From positions 107,942,001-108,006,000 of the forward strand of contig OX597815.1 of the NCBI GenBank assembly GCA_951406725.2: DNA of 64,000 bases, written 5' to 3'. The DNA comes from Octopus vulgaris (taxonomy: Eukaryota). The position numbers were made by a program, and so were the translations under genes. Below are positions 50,831 through 64,000 of the stretch, piece by piece. How positions within the stretch are numbered: position 1 is the first letter of the stretch; every line of letters starts with the position of its first letter. The notes below the pieces were generated by a model. The model had not been told where the DNA came from, ran no database searches, and saw only the letters and a program-made list of their open reading frames with translations.

Positions 50831-51879
50831 GTGTATATATGTTCTTTTCTGTTTTTAATTATTTGAAGTTTTCTTGTAAGAAAGGGGCTGGTTTCTAACG
50901 AGGATAAGCTTCGTCTGTGGAATGCAGATAACAAAAACAATGTCATAATTTGAACTTGAGAAAAGTCTTGCATATTTTGACTGTGCATCTAACAGATTGT
51001 ATTTACAAAGTTTATGGTAGCTGGTTGATTTCTTTATTCGAAAACCTAGCTTTTCAAAATAGTCACTCAGGCATTTACTCGCAAAACCAAGTGCACCAAT
51101 TATTATTGGAATTAATGTGAATATATAATCTGGATATAGAAACTGGAAGTTTTAAAGCAGCTGTTCATGTTATCATCTTTCTTAGATTTTTGAAGCGATA
51201 TTCACATCAGCAGAGCAGCTGACCTTTATGACACTTTTACTTGTCTGTCCCACACAACTATATCCAGCCTGTTATGTTTGCACTTGGTAAGAGATTTTAT
51301 GGGAATCTTCCACAAATATTCATTGTATTGATGCTTATGTATTCAATAAAAGGGAGATTCCCTATGTTTATCCTGAGACAGTATTGTTTTTGGATGGCAT
51401 TGTATATTGTTACAGTGACAACATCATGTCATATTAGTAGTACCATGATGACATTTGGTATATCTTCAACAGAGATGTGAAATACTCAACATTTCTGATT
51501 ATATCTTATTCTTCATTGGTTTCACTGTCTCTTTTGTAAATTAAATATTTTGTAGTTCCCTTTGTTCTTGGATGGCAAATGCATAGTCTTTGTAGCGTGA
51601 TGTGATGTAGCAATCACGAGTTCAACAGAGATTGAACTTTTATGTAAATATTAATGTCATCTTCAAGGCAAGATTTTGGGTGAAATGCTTATCAGCATTT
51701 TGTGTCTTTACGTTCTGAGTTCAAATTCTGCTGTAGTTGACTTTGTCTTTCATCATTTTAGGGTCGATAAAATAAGTATCAGTTGAACACTTGGGTCCAT
51801 GTAATCACCCTATCCCTTTCCCTGAAATTACTGGCCTTGTACCAATATTCGAAACTATTATTAGTATCATCTTCAGACC

Positions 51880-53060
51880 TTCAGGAAACATCTTTTTTGG
51901 TGTGCTATTTCATATCTAGGCCTTCTTTGGGATATACTAGTCCAGCTATTTTGGGGTTGTATAGAGGTTCATCAGAAAGATAATACTTCCTGAGGAGCTC
52001 ACTGCTGGTAAACAGGATATTGTTCACTTAGCTCTTCACCAGTAAGTGCTTACATAAATTTTTGCTGCTGTTGTTTAGCATCTGCTGTGAGAGATACTAT
52101 ATGATACTCGTAGGCTGCCAACACTGATCTCAAGCCTCAACTTCCTTCAATTACTTCTCAAGTAGAGTCTGCTGATATCCCTGTTTCTGTGGAAGCTTCC
52201 TGTTGATGTTAGGGTCTAGGGGGCTTTAATATCTATGAAATTAATTTCCTTTACAGACCAGTCAAGCATCCCAAATGTTAGAGTCAGTACTGGTAATGCA
52301 AAAGTTTTGCAGGATATTGTCTTGTTAGAAGAGTATTCTGGCAGCTATGTTTTTGTGCATCTGGTGTAATATTCTTGGGTCACTCTAACTTTATTTAAAG
52401 CTCTTTTGTTTTCATCAATGCTTAGGGATTTGTAGCATTCTTTGTGTAGAAGAGTAGAAATAGTCACCGTTAATGTGCAATTTTGGTGTTTGGGGAATTG
52501 ATTTTGTACATTCAGCAATTAAATATGAATGTATCTTTTGGCCAAATTCCATTCCTATATCAGCAGAAAATGTTGTTATTAACTCCAGCTGCTTTTTGGC
52601 ATGGTAAACATTTTTTTATCTTCAGGTCATACACAAAGAAATTATGGGTTACATTGATGTCTCAAGCAGTTTTAGACCCTAAAATGTGCACCTAGGATTT
52701 TTGTTACAAAAACAATAATGGATTAACTGCCAAAATAAACAAAATTATAGAAAGACTATCTTTTTGAAGTCATTTCGTTGAAGTATTTATAATATCAGAG
52801 ATGATAGTCCTGCTCTCAATTATAAGAGTGAGGGTTAGTAACCAGGTTTTTGTGAACCTCTCAATGTCAGCCACTAAGGCAGCAAGTATTCTTGCTGAGT
52901 ACAAAATCTTCAGTACCATGTATGGGGAATAGGGTCAATCATTTTCCTATTATTGAGCCATACTGTCACAAGGTTCCTGTGATATTTTCCTACTTTAGAT
53001 AGAACATCTTTATTCATAAAAGAAGTTTTTGACATATCTCCATTCACCCTTTGTTCTGCT
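51880..53060 (-). mobile_element. Old R4/Dong-like RT and thumb fragment
   Basis: HRNLVTVWLNNRKMIDPIPHTW (cf. WIDYKKAYDSVPH.W), VTHNFFVYDLK, FSADIGMEFG, NKTISCKTFALPVLTLTFGMLDWS. Confidence 0.72.
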
Positions 53061-53077
53061 TGCTAGCTCATCAGTAT

Positions 53078-53190
53078 TGTATGTATATTTGTATGTATGA
53101 TGCATGCACACACACACACACACACACACACACGCATACACTCACACACATCTATCTATATGTGTATGTATATTTGTATGTATGATGCAT

Positions 53191-53225
<35 letters not shown>

Positions 53226-53254
53226 TACACTCACACACATCTATCTATATGTGT
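53078..53254. repeat. Near-exact ~85-bp tandem duplication of a low-complexity block
   Basis: tgtatgtatatttgtatgtatgatgcatg(ca)n cgcatacactcacacacatctatctatatgtgt twice, differing mainly in CA length. Confidence 0.9.
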
Positions 53255-54778
53255 CTACATGTGTATGTGTGTGCATGTATGTATCCATATATATATATTT
53301 GTGTTTGAATATATATGAATATATGCATATGTGTGTGCATGTGCATGTATACACATATACACACACACACCTATATCATCGTCGTCATCATCATCATCAT
53401 TAACATCTGCTTTCCCTGCTGGCATGGGTTAATGTTTATTTCTATTTTAAGTAATAATAAAAAATAAATTGTACATTAAACTAAAGAATCTTTCAATACT
53501 TTTGCAGAGTACAAATATATATAATTCTTTAACAATAGAATTGAGAGTGACTTACAAGTTTTTGCCTGTTTCAATTATCTTTGGAAATCAGATAAGTATT
53601 TTAAATCAGAATGTGTATGTTTATTTTTTTTTCAATCAATGTTTTTTAAATCAGAGTGTTAGTGAGATAGATAGGTGGATAGATGGTTTGATGGATGAAT
53701 GGATGAAGAGAAAGACAGACAGACAGATAGATAAGTAAAAAGAGAGAGGGAGGAAGAGGAAGACAGAGAGAGTGGGACTTATTCCCAGACTGAAGACTTG
53801 GTTCAAATGCTTATAACTAAAGTGGGCCAAATGCTTTCCAAAAGCAAGAACAGTCCTCAAAGGCTCCTTCACAGTTTCCATTTGCCAGACTTACAAGACT
53901 TTTGTTGATTGAAGGATATGATAGATTATTTCTCAGCATATATTTCAATAAGATTGAACTCAGAAATGTGAAGCAAATTTCTTAACCTTTACCTGTTGCT
54001 TTATGTGTGTGTATTTGTGTGTGTTTGTATGTATGCTTACACATACACCCAAACACATACACACACATATATCTTTACCACACACATATACATTAACATT
54101 GGTGAAGTCGTTAAGGTGGTGAGCTGGCAAAATTTTTAGCACATTTGGCAAAAATGTTTAGAGTATTTCTTTTGACTTAACTTACTGACTTCAAATTCCA
54201 TTCTTTTGAGATTGCTAAAATATATTCGAGTTGAATACCAGAGTTGATGTAATCTACTTACTCCATCTCTTGAAATTGCAGGCCTTGCGCCAAAATTTTT
54301 AAACCCGTGTTATTGACTACATTATGTGTTGTTGACTACATATAATCTTCTATTGTAATTCCTACAACAATGTTAAATCGAATGATCTATTTGACTGATG
54401 CTTTATTTTGAAAGGATTAAAAGCAAAGATAACAATTATAGAATTTCAACTCAGACCGTAAAAACAAACTTTAGCTTAATATCAGGCTTTTTAGTAGATG
54501 CTTTACTAATTCTACCAATCTGCTACTAGTCATATCAATTTATTTAGCCTTGCTTGTTTGTTTGTATGTTTGGTTTTTTGTTTTAAAGTGTGCAGTTTAT
54601 TTTGTCTTATGCTTTATGCTTTTACCTGTAACTTATATTCCCAATTCCTGTAAAGACTTCTCTTGGACATTGGCCAAGTTATTGCCAAATATTATTTCTA
54701 GTTTAGGTACAAAACCAGAAATGTTTTCGCAGTGAAGGCATTAGTTGACTATAATGACATCAATATTTAGATAATACT

Positions 54779-55157
54779 ACATTCTGAATTCAAATTCCGC
54801 CGAGGTCGACTTCACCTTTCAACATTTTAGGGTCAATAAATTAAGTACCAATTGCATATTGGGGTCGATCTAATCAACTGCCCCTACCCCAAAATTTCGG
54901 GCCTTGTGCTTAGAGTAGAAAAGAATATTTAGATAATACTTAAGGCAGTGAGTTGGCAGAAATGTTAGCATGCTGGGCTAAATGCTTAGCAGTATTTTGT
55001 CTGTCTTTACGTTCTAAGTTCAAATTCCTCCAAGGTTGACTTTACTTTTCATCCTTTTGGAGTCGATAAATTAAATACCTGTTGCATACTAGGATCAATC
55101 TAATTGATTGCCCCTTCCCCACAAAAATTTCAGGCCTTGTGCCCAGAATAGAAAAGG
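54779..55157 (+). mobile_element. Two tandem SINE family B copies nested in an older opposite-strand copy
   Basis: Copies 54779-54923 and 54941-55157 are separated and flanked by atatttagata(a/c)tact. Confidence 0.82.
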
Positions 55158-55329
55158 ATATTTAGATACTACTTTATTCTATTGACCAAAAAGAAATATA
55201 AGATACATTTGACCTTAATATGATTTGAACTCAGAACATAAAGAACCAGAACAAATGCCACAAGCCATTTTTACTGATGCCCTAATAACTTTGCCTAATA
55301 TTGATAAAAGGAAAATACCACAGTGATAT

Positions 55330-56700
55330 GTCACATGCCTGTTATCCTTATGCATCTAAAACTGATTGTTTGAAGCATCTTTCAAGTCTTGTGGGGCACC
55401 TTCCTTCTGCCATATAAGATTAAACAATTTAAGAAATTTGTCAATCAATATGAGAGCCAGCTTTATAAATTTTAGCTTGGATAACATCTGCACCTGAGTG
55501 TTTATTATTTGAAAGCTATTTAGTTGCATCAATGGCTTCAGAAAAGTTAGGTGGATCAGATAGATCTACATCAATTGCGTCTTTATTGTGGATTTATTAT
55601 TGAAAATGTTTTGAAAGTGTTCAGCTAAATTGTTCAGAATTTTCTGGCTTTACTTTAAAAAATTGAATGCTGCTGTTTGAATTTAACAAAGATAATCATC
55701 CCAAAGGATGATGCTGTATAATTCTTTCAGACATTAACAAAAATTTTATTGCTCTTCCTATCTCTAATTTTTGTTTCTTTTGTTTCCTGGAATATGCAAT
55801 CAAAGCAGTGTTTACTTAAAATAGCCATCCTTATATCATATTTAATATATACACATACTCAATAGGCCAGTTACTGCAGTACTTATTTTGCGATAACATC
55901 TCTCATGGATTTCCTATAAACTGAAATGAATTTGGCACTATCAACATTGTGTATACATTAAGTATGATTATAGAAGGCTGTTTTAATTAAACACTCTTTC
56001 AATTTCATATACCAGATATTTAATCAGCCATGCAGCTATTTGGAAAATCAGCAAATATTTTAATCACTTCTCCTTATATCAGAGACAAAAAATTCCTATC
56101 TGAGTATGTGACCTTAAAAAGGTTGAAATGTACCTCATATTGTTGTTGGCTGCTGCTGCTGGGACAAGCCTTTGTCTTTACCTCATACTCAGTGTGATTT
56201 TTTATACAACAAATCCATAAGGCATATTATCTTGGGACAAATACTGCTGTAACTAGCCTATTGACAGTGCATATACATTAAATACGATTCATAAATGGCT
56301 ATTTTACTCTACCCACATCTTTGAATGTCTAAACTGGATTTGTGTACAATTTTGTTAGTCTCCTTTCGGAGACATCCTCTGAAACAACTGCATGGATTAA
56401 AATTAGAAACAATTTATTCTTTTGGTTTATGTGGGTTCTATGTTTTCATTGTTTTTTTTTAGACTAATCATTGTTTCTATGTATTTTTACTCAGTTTATT
56501 GAAGGCTGCCTTATATCAACACTAATTTTTTTAAAGTTTAACATTTTCTTTTTAGCTTTCCATCACACTTTTTGTGCCAATTACTCCCATTCAGATATCA
56601 TAATCTTTATCAACTCTTGCCTGAAAATCTCCAAAGATAAATACCTTTCTAGATTGGAGATTTTCAGGCAAGAGCTGATGAAGATTATATCTGAACGGGA
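55330..56700 (-). mobile_element. Very old RTE-like LINE fragment
   Basis: Minus strand PPNFSEAIDATK*LSNNK..GAD..KIYK..LFNLIWQKEGAPQDLKDAS resembles RTE RT domain 0; the extent beyond about 55600 is uncertain. Confidence 0.5.
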
Positions 56701-59700
56701 GTAATTGGCAAGCATTGACTCAGAAGTTTAATAGTTATGGATTTTACTTCTGGACTATTATGCTTAGATCAGTTTGATTATCTTGTATATCTTGTTTTGT
56801 TTTCTCACATATTATAAATTATATGGATGCTCCATCACTCATGGTTGTTGATTTTATTGGTATCATCATTACCAAAAATAAGAATGGCAATAATACTGAT
56901 CTCATTGTTAGACTGCTTAAAGACTGCTCATTTGAAAACTTAAAGTTGTAACTATTGTGAAAAGAAATTCAGAAGACAAGACCATAAGAAAAATCAAGTG
57001 TTTTAAAACTAAAGGTAGTGAAATAATGATTCTCATCTACAAAAAGGGTTTCTTTTTAGTATCTTCAGACTTTATTCTTGTAAGGGAATAATTGCTGATA
57101 ATTCTTACATTTTCATTTTATGGAAGTAGTCCTTTGTTTTCATTTCTTTTAGCTCTGACATGTTCTTTAACAATGTCATTTGTAATTACAAGCCTAAGCT
57201 AGCTTCTCTGTGCTCATTAATATTCCATTAAGAACAACAAGTGAAAATTTGTCTGCTTCCCATTTTAATAAGTTTGCCTTCTTCTGTAAAGCAAATTTCA
57301 CATAGTGCTAATATGTCAAGATTGCATCTTGATAGCTTTGTTGTATTCAATCCTGTTCTTTGAGATCCTAGTGACTTGCCCCACGAACTAAGGTCTAAAT
57401 GTGAGATGGTTAGAGATGGGGGTAGGAGTGAATGCAGTTAATCGTGAACAAGGGTAGAGAAGTGGTCAATGGTAAATATGAGCTGAGGTAAAAGTGATAA
57501 GAATGAAGGGTTGATGTGAATGGAATTGGCCCAGAGGAGAAGAGGGGATGAGTGACAGTATACAAGGGGTAAAGAGCAGCAGAATTATATTATGGCTCTA
57601 GAAAGGGTAAGAAGGAAAGAAAGGGAGATGGTGAGAGGGGTGGGAGGGTAAAAGCTGTAACAGTGTGGGGTGGAGAGAGAGAGAGAGAGAGAGAGAGTAA
57701 GGGATGCATAGTGATAGGGGTGGAGGATGTCAGGTGGTGGTGGTGTTGGTGTTTTTGTTGTTGTTGTTGGTGGTGGTGGTAGCAGTGGTGGCTGCAGCAG
57801 CAGCAAAGGTTTAGATGATGTCAGGGGCGCATAGAGTGAATGCAGTGAGTGGTGAACAAAGGTGGTGGGTGGTTGAGGGCAGATATGAAACAAAACTAAG
57901 AGAGAGGTTGCTTTCAGTGTTTTTGAATTCCTCCTAAAAAAAGGATTCGTTCCTGGCCGAGAAAACAATCTCATCCACTGGAACTTAACAATAAAAGTGG
58001 GGAATAACATGCTGAATTTCAGAAACTACTTGTATATTTCTACTCTTCAGCTTACCAATTTTAGTTGATTTCTTTCTTTACCTAAAATCACAGCTTTCCA
58101 ATGTCACAACTTTGACATTTATTAACATAACCAAAGCCACCAATGATGATGACTGCATATGTAAGTTTATAATCTGTATAGAGAAGCTCTTAGGGTTTAT
58201 AGAAGTTTTCCATAAATATTCTCTTCTTCATTGATTTTGAAAGAAATGTTGACATTCACTGTAAAGCTGACTTCTATAACAGCATATCATTCTTGTTTTC
58301 TGCACCAAACAACTATTTCTATTGACAGACGTTTTGATGGAAATGTTCAACCAATATTCCTTGTGTTAAAACGTATGAATGAACTCAACATTAGAAATAT
58401 TTTCTATATTTGTTTTAGAGCATTTTTCCAAATGTTTGGCACAGTATATCATTTTGGCAACACCATTGTGCTCCATGGAAAGTAATCTATCAATGGCATT
58501 TTGGAAATGTTGCTGCTGATTTTAAGTGTAATGTTATCTATAGGTATGTCATATAAACAACATTTTTAGTCATATCTTACAGGTTTAAGGATTCACTGTC
58601 CCTTTTATAGAATGGGGGTATTGTAAAACAAGCTTAAATATTTTAGCAATAATCCAGCATTCATCATACTGAGAGACAATGAAGAATTTTGATAATTTAG
58701 CAAAATGTAGACTTAAAATGCTGTAAAATACATATGATTAGTAAAACTTGTATATTGTATTGGCATCCTTCTTTAATACAGTTGGTGTGATCTGAGGGAG
58801 ATTGGCTGATCTTTCTAACAGGTCAAGTGCTTGTTTGGACTCTTCACTTTTTGGACTGAGTCCCTGGACATTACTCTCTTGAGTCTTGGGACTCATAGGG
58901 CCAGTTATTCAGTTTCCATGGTATACAAGTGATTGAAATTTCAACATTACCCCTGGATGGGATACAGTTCATTGCAGAGTTATTCATATATTGCTGAGAG
59001 GACTGGAGCAATAAGAAATGCAATGTTTTGCTGAAGAACACAATGCACTACCAGAATTGAAACCACAATCTCATGATTCTGAGTGTAACACCCTAACTGC
59101 TTGACCATGTGCCTTCACATTTCTTTGATTAAATAGCCAGAAGTGAATTTCATTGAAAAAGTGGTGTGTAAATCAGTGAACTCAATACCAATATATTACT
59201 GGTACTTTTTATTTTATACATATCAATTCTTGGAATTATAGAACAATATTACTTTTCATCCATCTAACGTTAGAACTAAAAAGGTTGAGGGACACAACAA
59301 TTAATTCGCTTAATTCTTTTGGTCTAATACTCAACTAATCCTGCTAGCCTGCTCTTTCAATAAAACCATAATTACTATCCCCATGGTCACCATTATCACA
59401 CACTGATTGTACCATGATGTTATTTTCCACCATCCCTAATCTCTCACATCATTGACAATAGTTGTGACTCCATTGATGCTGGCAGTTTCATTAACAGAAG
59501 CAATATAACTAACAGCAATGGAATGAGAGGGGTTGAGGGGAATGTCCATCATCTAAACCTTCGCTGCTGCCATCGCCGCCGCCGCCGTCGCCACCATCAC
59601 CACCACCACCACCATCACCAAAACTGTTATTATTCTAACTCTCTATTTCATGCTATTTTCTTCTTTTCTTATTCCTTGTTATCTTGCCATACCACGCACC

Positions 59701-59989
59701 CACCATACCAAACTAGTTTGGAAATGGATGTGATCCAAAAATCACTTAAAGTTTTTCACCGTTTGGAATCGTCAGGGAAACATGACACTTTGATTAGGAA
59801 TTCTCTTAGAATAATATGGTTGAGGTATTGGCATGTATTCAGGTATTGAACTTATGTAAGAGCAATGCCTTTCCAACAACAACAACAACAACAGCAACAA
59901 CACAGGTAGTATAAACAGCAATACTGACAATAAGAACATCACCACCACCACTACTGCAGTCAACAACAACAACAACAACACTATAAGCA

Positions 59990-60360
59990 AATGGGTGAGC
60001 AGTTACGTGGTTGCTTGCCTTGCTAGGAATAGCAGCCAAATCACCCTTCTAATTTGAAAGTGAAAGAACATGTTGAATAATCTAATTCTAGAAAGACAAT
60101 GCCTGAGAAAAGAATAGAATGGTCATGGGTGGAATAACAATTGTACTTAATCATAGCTGATTTGAGTGTACACAAGAAAAACAAGAACAGCAGTAAATGA
60201 GCATTCACCTAACAACGTAGCATTTTCTAAAAAAGGACATATTGCATAATAAAGGCCAAAATACACAATGCCTGAAAAGTGATGAGATGGTCATGGATGA
60301 AGTGTCTTTGATCATAAGTTTACTCAGACAAGCCTGACCTGGGGTTAAACAGTTACAATA
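59990..60360 (+). mobile_element. Old SINE-like family E (two partial copies)
   Basis: gctaggaatagcagccaaatc...atggtcatgg..tttgatcataag..ctgacctggggttaaaca; the same blocks recur near 340, 7000-7200, 8870-9040, 9490-9660, 10100-10270 and 60490-60710. Confidence 0.6.
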
Positions 60361-61967
60361 GCAATAACAACTAAATTCCAATAGGTATATCAAAAACAAT
60401 GGCAATAAAAATTCAACAAATAATAACAATAATGCACAAACATGAATGAAGTCAGAAGCAGTAGCAATGCCAACAAGGAATTTTTAACAAGGCTACTGAA
60501 CCCGCAAGAAACAACAGCCAAATCTTCCTCAAATTATATCCTGTCATTCAAAATAGGAAGGACACAATAGACAAAGTAGTCCTGGTTACATCCAAGCATA
60601 CTGAATATGGAAGTACATTATACTATGTGTCATTCCATTTTTTTAAGACAGGCAAGATTTAATGTATGGGTGATTTGGTTTTTACTTTTTGCAGGTCAAG
60701 CTATTATGAAAATGCTTCCTTACTCTGTTAACAACTCAGAAAATAAGTAACTGAATTTCTTCAACTCACTTTTCTTTTCCTAGCCTTCTTTGTTGTCCCT
60801 CCCACTTTTCTTCCTGTCTTTCCATTGGTTGTTTAATGCATCAAAATAAAGGACTTTTCATTTAAGTGAAAGAATTTTCCTGACTCATGACTTTAGTAGT
60901 GAAGACCATCTCTGATCTGTCAGAATAATCAACTTTGATAACCATTAATTCTGTCACTTATTAAAATTTTGAGAATTTTAACAAATCCCAATCGATAATT
61001 ATGATATGCTTTAGCTAAAAATATCAAAGTTTATAATGATTAAATCCCCAGTTATTTAGTATTCAGTAACCTTAGACTAGTCAAAGATACAATAATCTTT
61101 AGAACTTTGGATGCTTTTTCCTCTCTGGATTTGCAATTGAGATAGCTGTGGAAAATAAGAATTGTTTCTGTTCATAAAGACAAAAATATCAGTTCGCTAT
61201 TTCATATTTGATATCAAATTATCATATAGTGGATTGGCAGAAGTGTTAGCATATCAAACAAAAATATTCTGACCCTTTCCATTCTGAGTTCAAATCCTAC
61301 TCTGGTCAGCCTTGTTCTTTATCCCTCTAGGGTTGATAAAATAAGAGATTAGTCAAGTACCGGAGTCAATGATATCAATTAACTCACTCCATTGAAAAGC
61401 TGCTGGCCTTGTGCCTAAATTAGGAACCAGTTAAAGAAGGTGGTGGCTTGGCAGAATCATTAGAGCATCTGAAAAAAAGTGTCTTGTTCTGAGTCTTTGC
61501 ATTTGAGATCAAGGTCAACTTCGCCATTTATCCATCTGGGAGGATGGTGTCAATAAAGTAAATTATCAGTCAAGCACTAAGGTTGGTTTGATTAACACAA
61601 ACACCCTACCCTCAAAATTGCCAGATTTGCACCAAAGGTAGAAACTATCATTATTATTACCTTTATTATTATTCATTGGTTTAAGAAATACACCAAAAAT
61701 TTCATTTCTTGAAACAGAATTAGGCCAATCTCTGAAAACATGCCTAAAATTGTTGAAGGTTAACAAATACTGTATAAGAATGCTCTAGTGTTGCTTAAAA
61801 ATTTTAATATTACTGTTTTCAATAACATAACTATGGCTATCATTACATGTAGCATGTGAATGTTTGTACATTAGTATCATTATGGTTCTGACAATATAGA
61901 TGACAAATATCACTTGTGTTGTGATTTCTTGGAAACAATACATGACATTCTGTCAAGATATCACACA

Positions 61968-62210
61968 CCATCAACATCATCAACATCATCTTCATCATCA
62001 TTTTATGTCCATTGTCCATGCTGGTTTGACCAGGAAGGCTGCACCAGACTCCAGTCTGATTTGATATGGTTTCTATGGCTGGATGCCCTTCCTGATGCCA
62101 ACCACTCCGAGAGTGTAATGGGTGCTTTTATGTGCCACACCATGGGTGCCATTTGTGTAACACCAGCATCAGCCATGATTGTGATTTTACTTGACTTGAT
62201 GGTTCTTTTT
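61968..62210 (-). mobile_element. RTE-LINE 3' end (family A), partial
   Basis: ggctgcaccagactccagtctgat...ggatgcccttcctgatgccaaccactccgagagtg. Confidence 0.78.
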
Positions 62211-63037
62211 CTGAATACTTTGGAAACACAATGATATTATAAAGTTACAATATGAATCTCTAGCAGTATTTGGAAATCACAACATGGAAATTATATTGTA
62301 GTTTAACATACTGACAGACCACCAGCATACAATAAAGCTGATATAATTTTCCATGACAAGACAACAATAGCATAATTATTATTGACATAGCAGGAGCAAA
62401 TTACTTCAATGTTATGTTAAGATATTGAAAAACTTTCTTGAGTACAATAATATATTTAATTCAATAGATAACAATATTTGAAAATCTTAGTATAGCTATT
62501 TTCTATATACCTGTGTCTATCGTTATGGATGATTTGTCAATGCAGTTGCACTAATTATAAATAGGATGATGGATATTACTTAACTGCCTTATATTTTTAT
62601 AATGCAGCTATATGTTAGTGCTCACTGCATGCACATTATTATAGTTATTTTGTATCATGTTAATAATTATCAAATTATTATGAAAGAATGTGGTTTAATG
62701 GTTTTAGTGTTTAGGTCATGGCATTAAGACTTTGGGCTTGATTCCTGTGCATTATGTTCTTCAGCATATTTCACATTGCTCCAATCTACTCATCTAAAGA
62801 TAAGTACCAGCTAGATGCCAGTGTACATCTCTCTCTTTCTCTCTGTCTCACCTCATCCAGCTATCACATACTTGTACAGCTGTGTAAGTGAGTATATATC
62901 TATTTCAGCTGCCATCTTTTAAATCCATTCAGAAAGATTTAGTCAGGGCTATAGTTGAATTGAACCTAGAGCCTTGTGGTTGGGAAGCAGTCACTTTACC
63001 ACACAGCTGCACACACACTCACACACACATGTTATTA

Positions 63038-63095
<58 letters not shown>

Positions 63096-63276
63096 ATAAT
63101 AAGGAGAATAGAGATTTATATGTTCAGTTTTATTCTGCTGCCAATCACATCTTTCCATTTATGTGCTTACATATGTTTCTGCTGCAATTCCATGTACACT
63201 GCAAAATTTTGCTTCTTGGTGTGCATTTTGGTGTTAATTTCCACTTCTTCAGGGTGCTATTAACAGCTTTTATATA

Positions 63277-63337
<61 letters not shown>

Positions 63338-63339
<2 letters not shown>

Positions 63340-64000
63340 GGAAGCAAAGTGGCTGAGTTCCTTTAGAACATTGGGTCTCATGGAGGCAAAGTGTTTGAGT
63401 TCCTTTCAAGTGTTGGGCTTACAGAGGCAATGACTGAGACCTTTGGCATTGTATTGTCCTTGAGAAGAAGACCCATCATGCTGAGCAAAATTGCAATCGT
63501 GGCAAAAACCGACATCAGGCAAATTGGCACTGTGCTGGTGACATATAAATATACCCCAGTGTCATGCAAATGGCACCTGTGGTGGTGACACATAAAAGCA
63601 CCCATTGCACTCTCGGAGTGGTTGGCACTAGGAAGGGCATCCAGCAGTAGAAAACTATGCCAAATCAAACTTGAGCCTGGTGCACCCTTCCAGTGTGCCA
63701 GCCTAGTCAAACTGTCCAACCCATGTCAGCATGAGCAATGGACGTTAAATGATAATCATGGTGATGATGATGATATAAATATATATATATATAATATATA
63801 CATTCACACATACATACATATATGATGGTGTCACGTAAGATGCACCCTTTCTAGTGTCATGTATAAAGCACTCATGTCAGTGCCATGTGAAAAGCACTCA
63901 GTACGCTCTGCAAAATGGTTGGCATTAGGAAGGGCATCCAAATGTAGCAGCTATGCCAGAACAGACAATTGGAGCCTGGACAGCTCTTTAGCAGGTCAGC
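63338..64000 (+). mobile_element. RTE-LINE C-terminal remnant plus family A 3' UTR, and a second copy running off the window
   Basis: FRTLGLMEA / GLTEAMT..VLEKK (the ~42-bp block is duplicated) leads to ggttggcactaggaagggcatccag...ggacgttaaatgat; second copy starts near 63820. Confidence 0.8.

Noticed and set aside
51186-51286. Plus-strand exon candidate (cttag...gtaaga) with one open frame
   Set aside because: Peptide unrecognisable and such boundaries are expected by chance in 64 kb.

Overview
AT-rich eukaryotic nuclear DNA, almost entirely repeats. The SINE/RTE repertoire, the extreme microsatellite load and an invertebrate-code mitochondrial insert are consistent with an octopus/cephalopod genome (inference from memory of those repeats, not a database result). 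No host protein-coding gene is confidently recognisable; nearly all listed ORFs are microsatellite or transposon read-throughs. The window contains: (i) an ND4 NUMT; (ii) at least seven fragments of R4/Dong-like restriction-endonuclease LINEs, all on the minus strand and mostly anchored in (TAA)n; (iii) many 3' ends of an RTE-type LINE carrying a minisatellite; (iv) several SINE families; (v) Tc1, DD37D, Tigger, mariner-MITE, piggyBac-MITE and probable hAT and Helentron-type relics; (vi) two Penelope-like RT fragments. The most interesting signal is a set of five type I hammerhead-ribozyme-like motifs (16.1, 16.9, 20.3, 27.5 and 27.8 kb) with different nucleotide pairs at core positions 3/8. 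One lies at the 3' end of a Penelope-like element; the others lie in short non-coding units, most microsatellite-flanked and several fold-back, that look like non-autonomous Penelope/retrozyme-like elements. Coordinates of degraded repeats are approximate (tens of bp).
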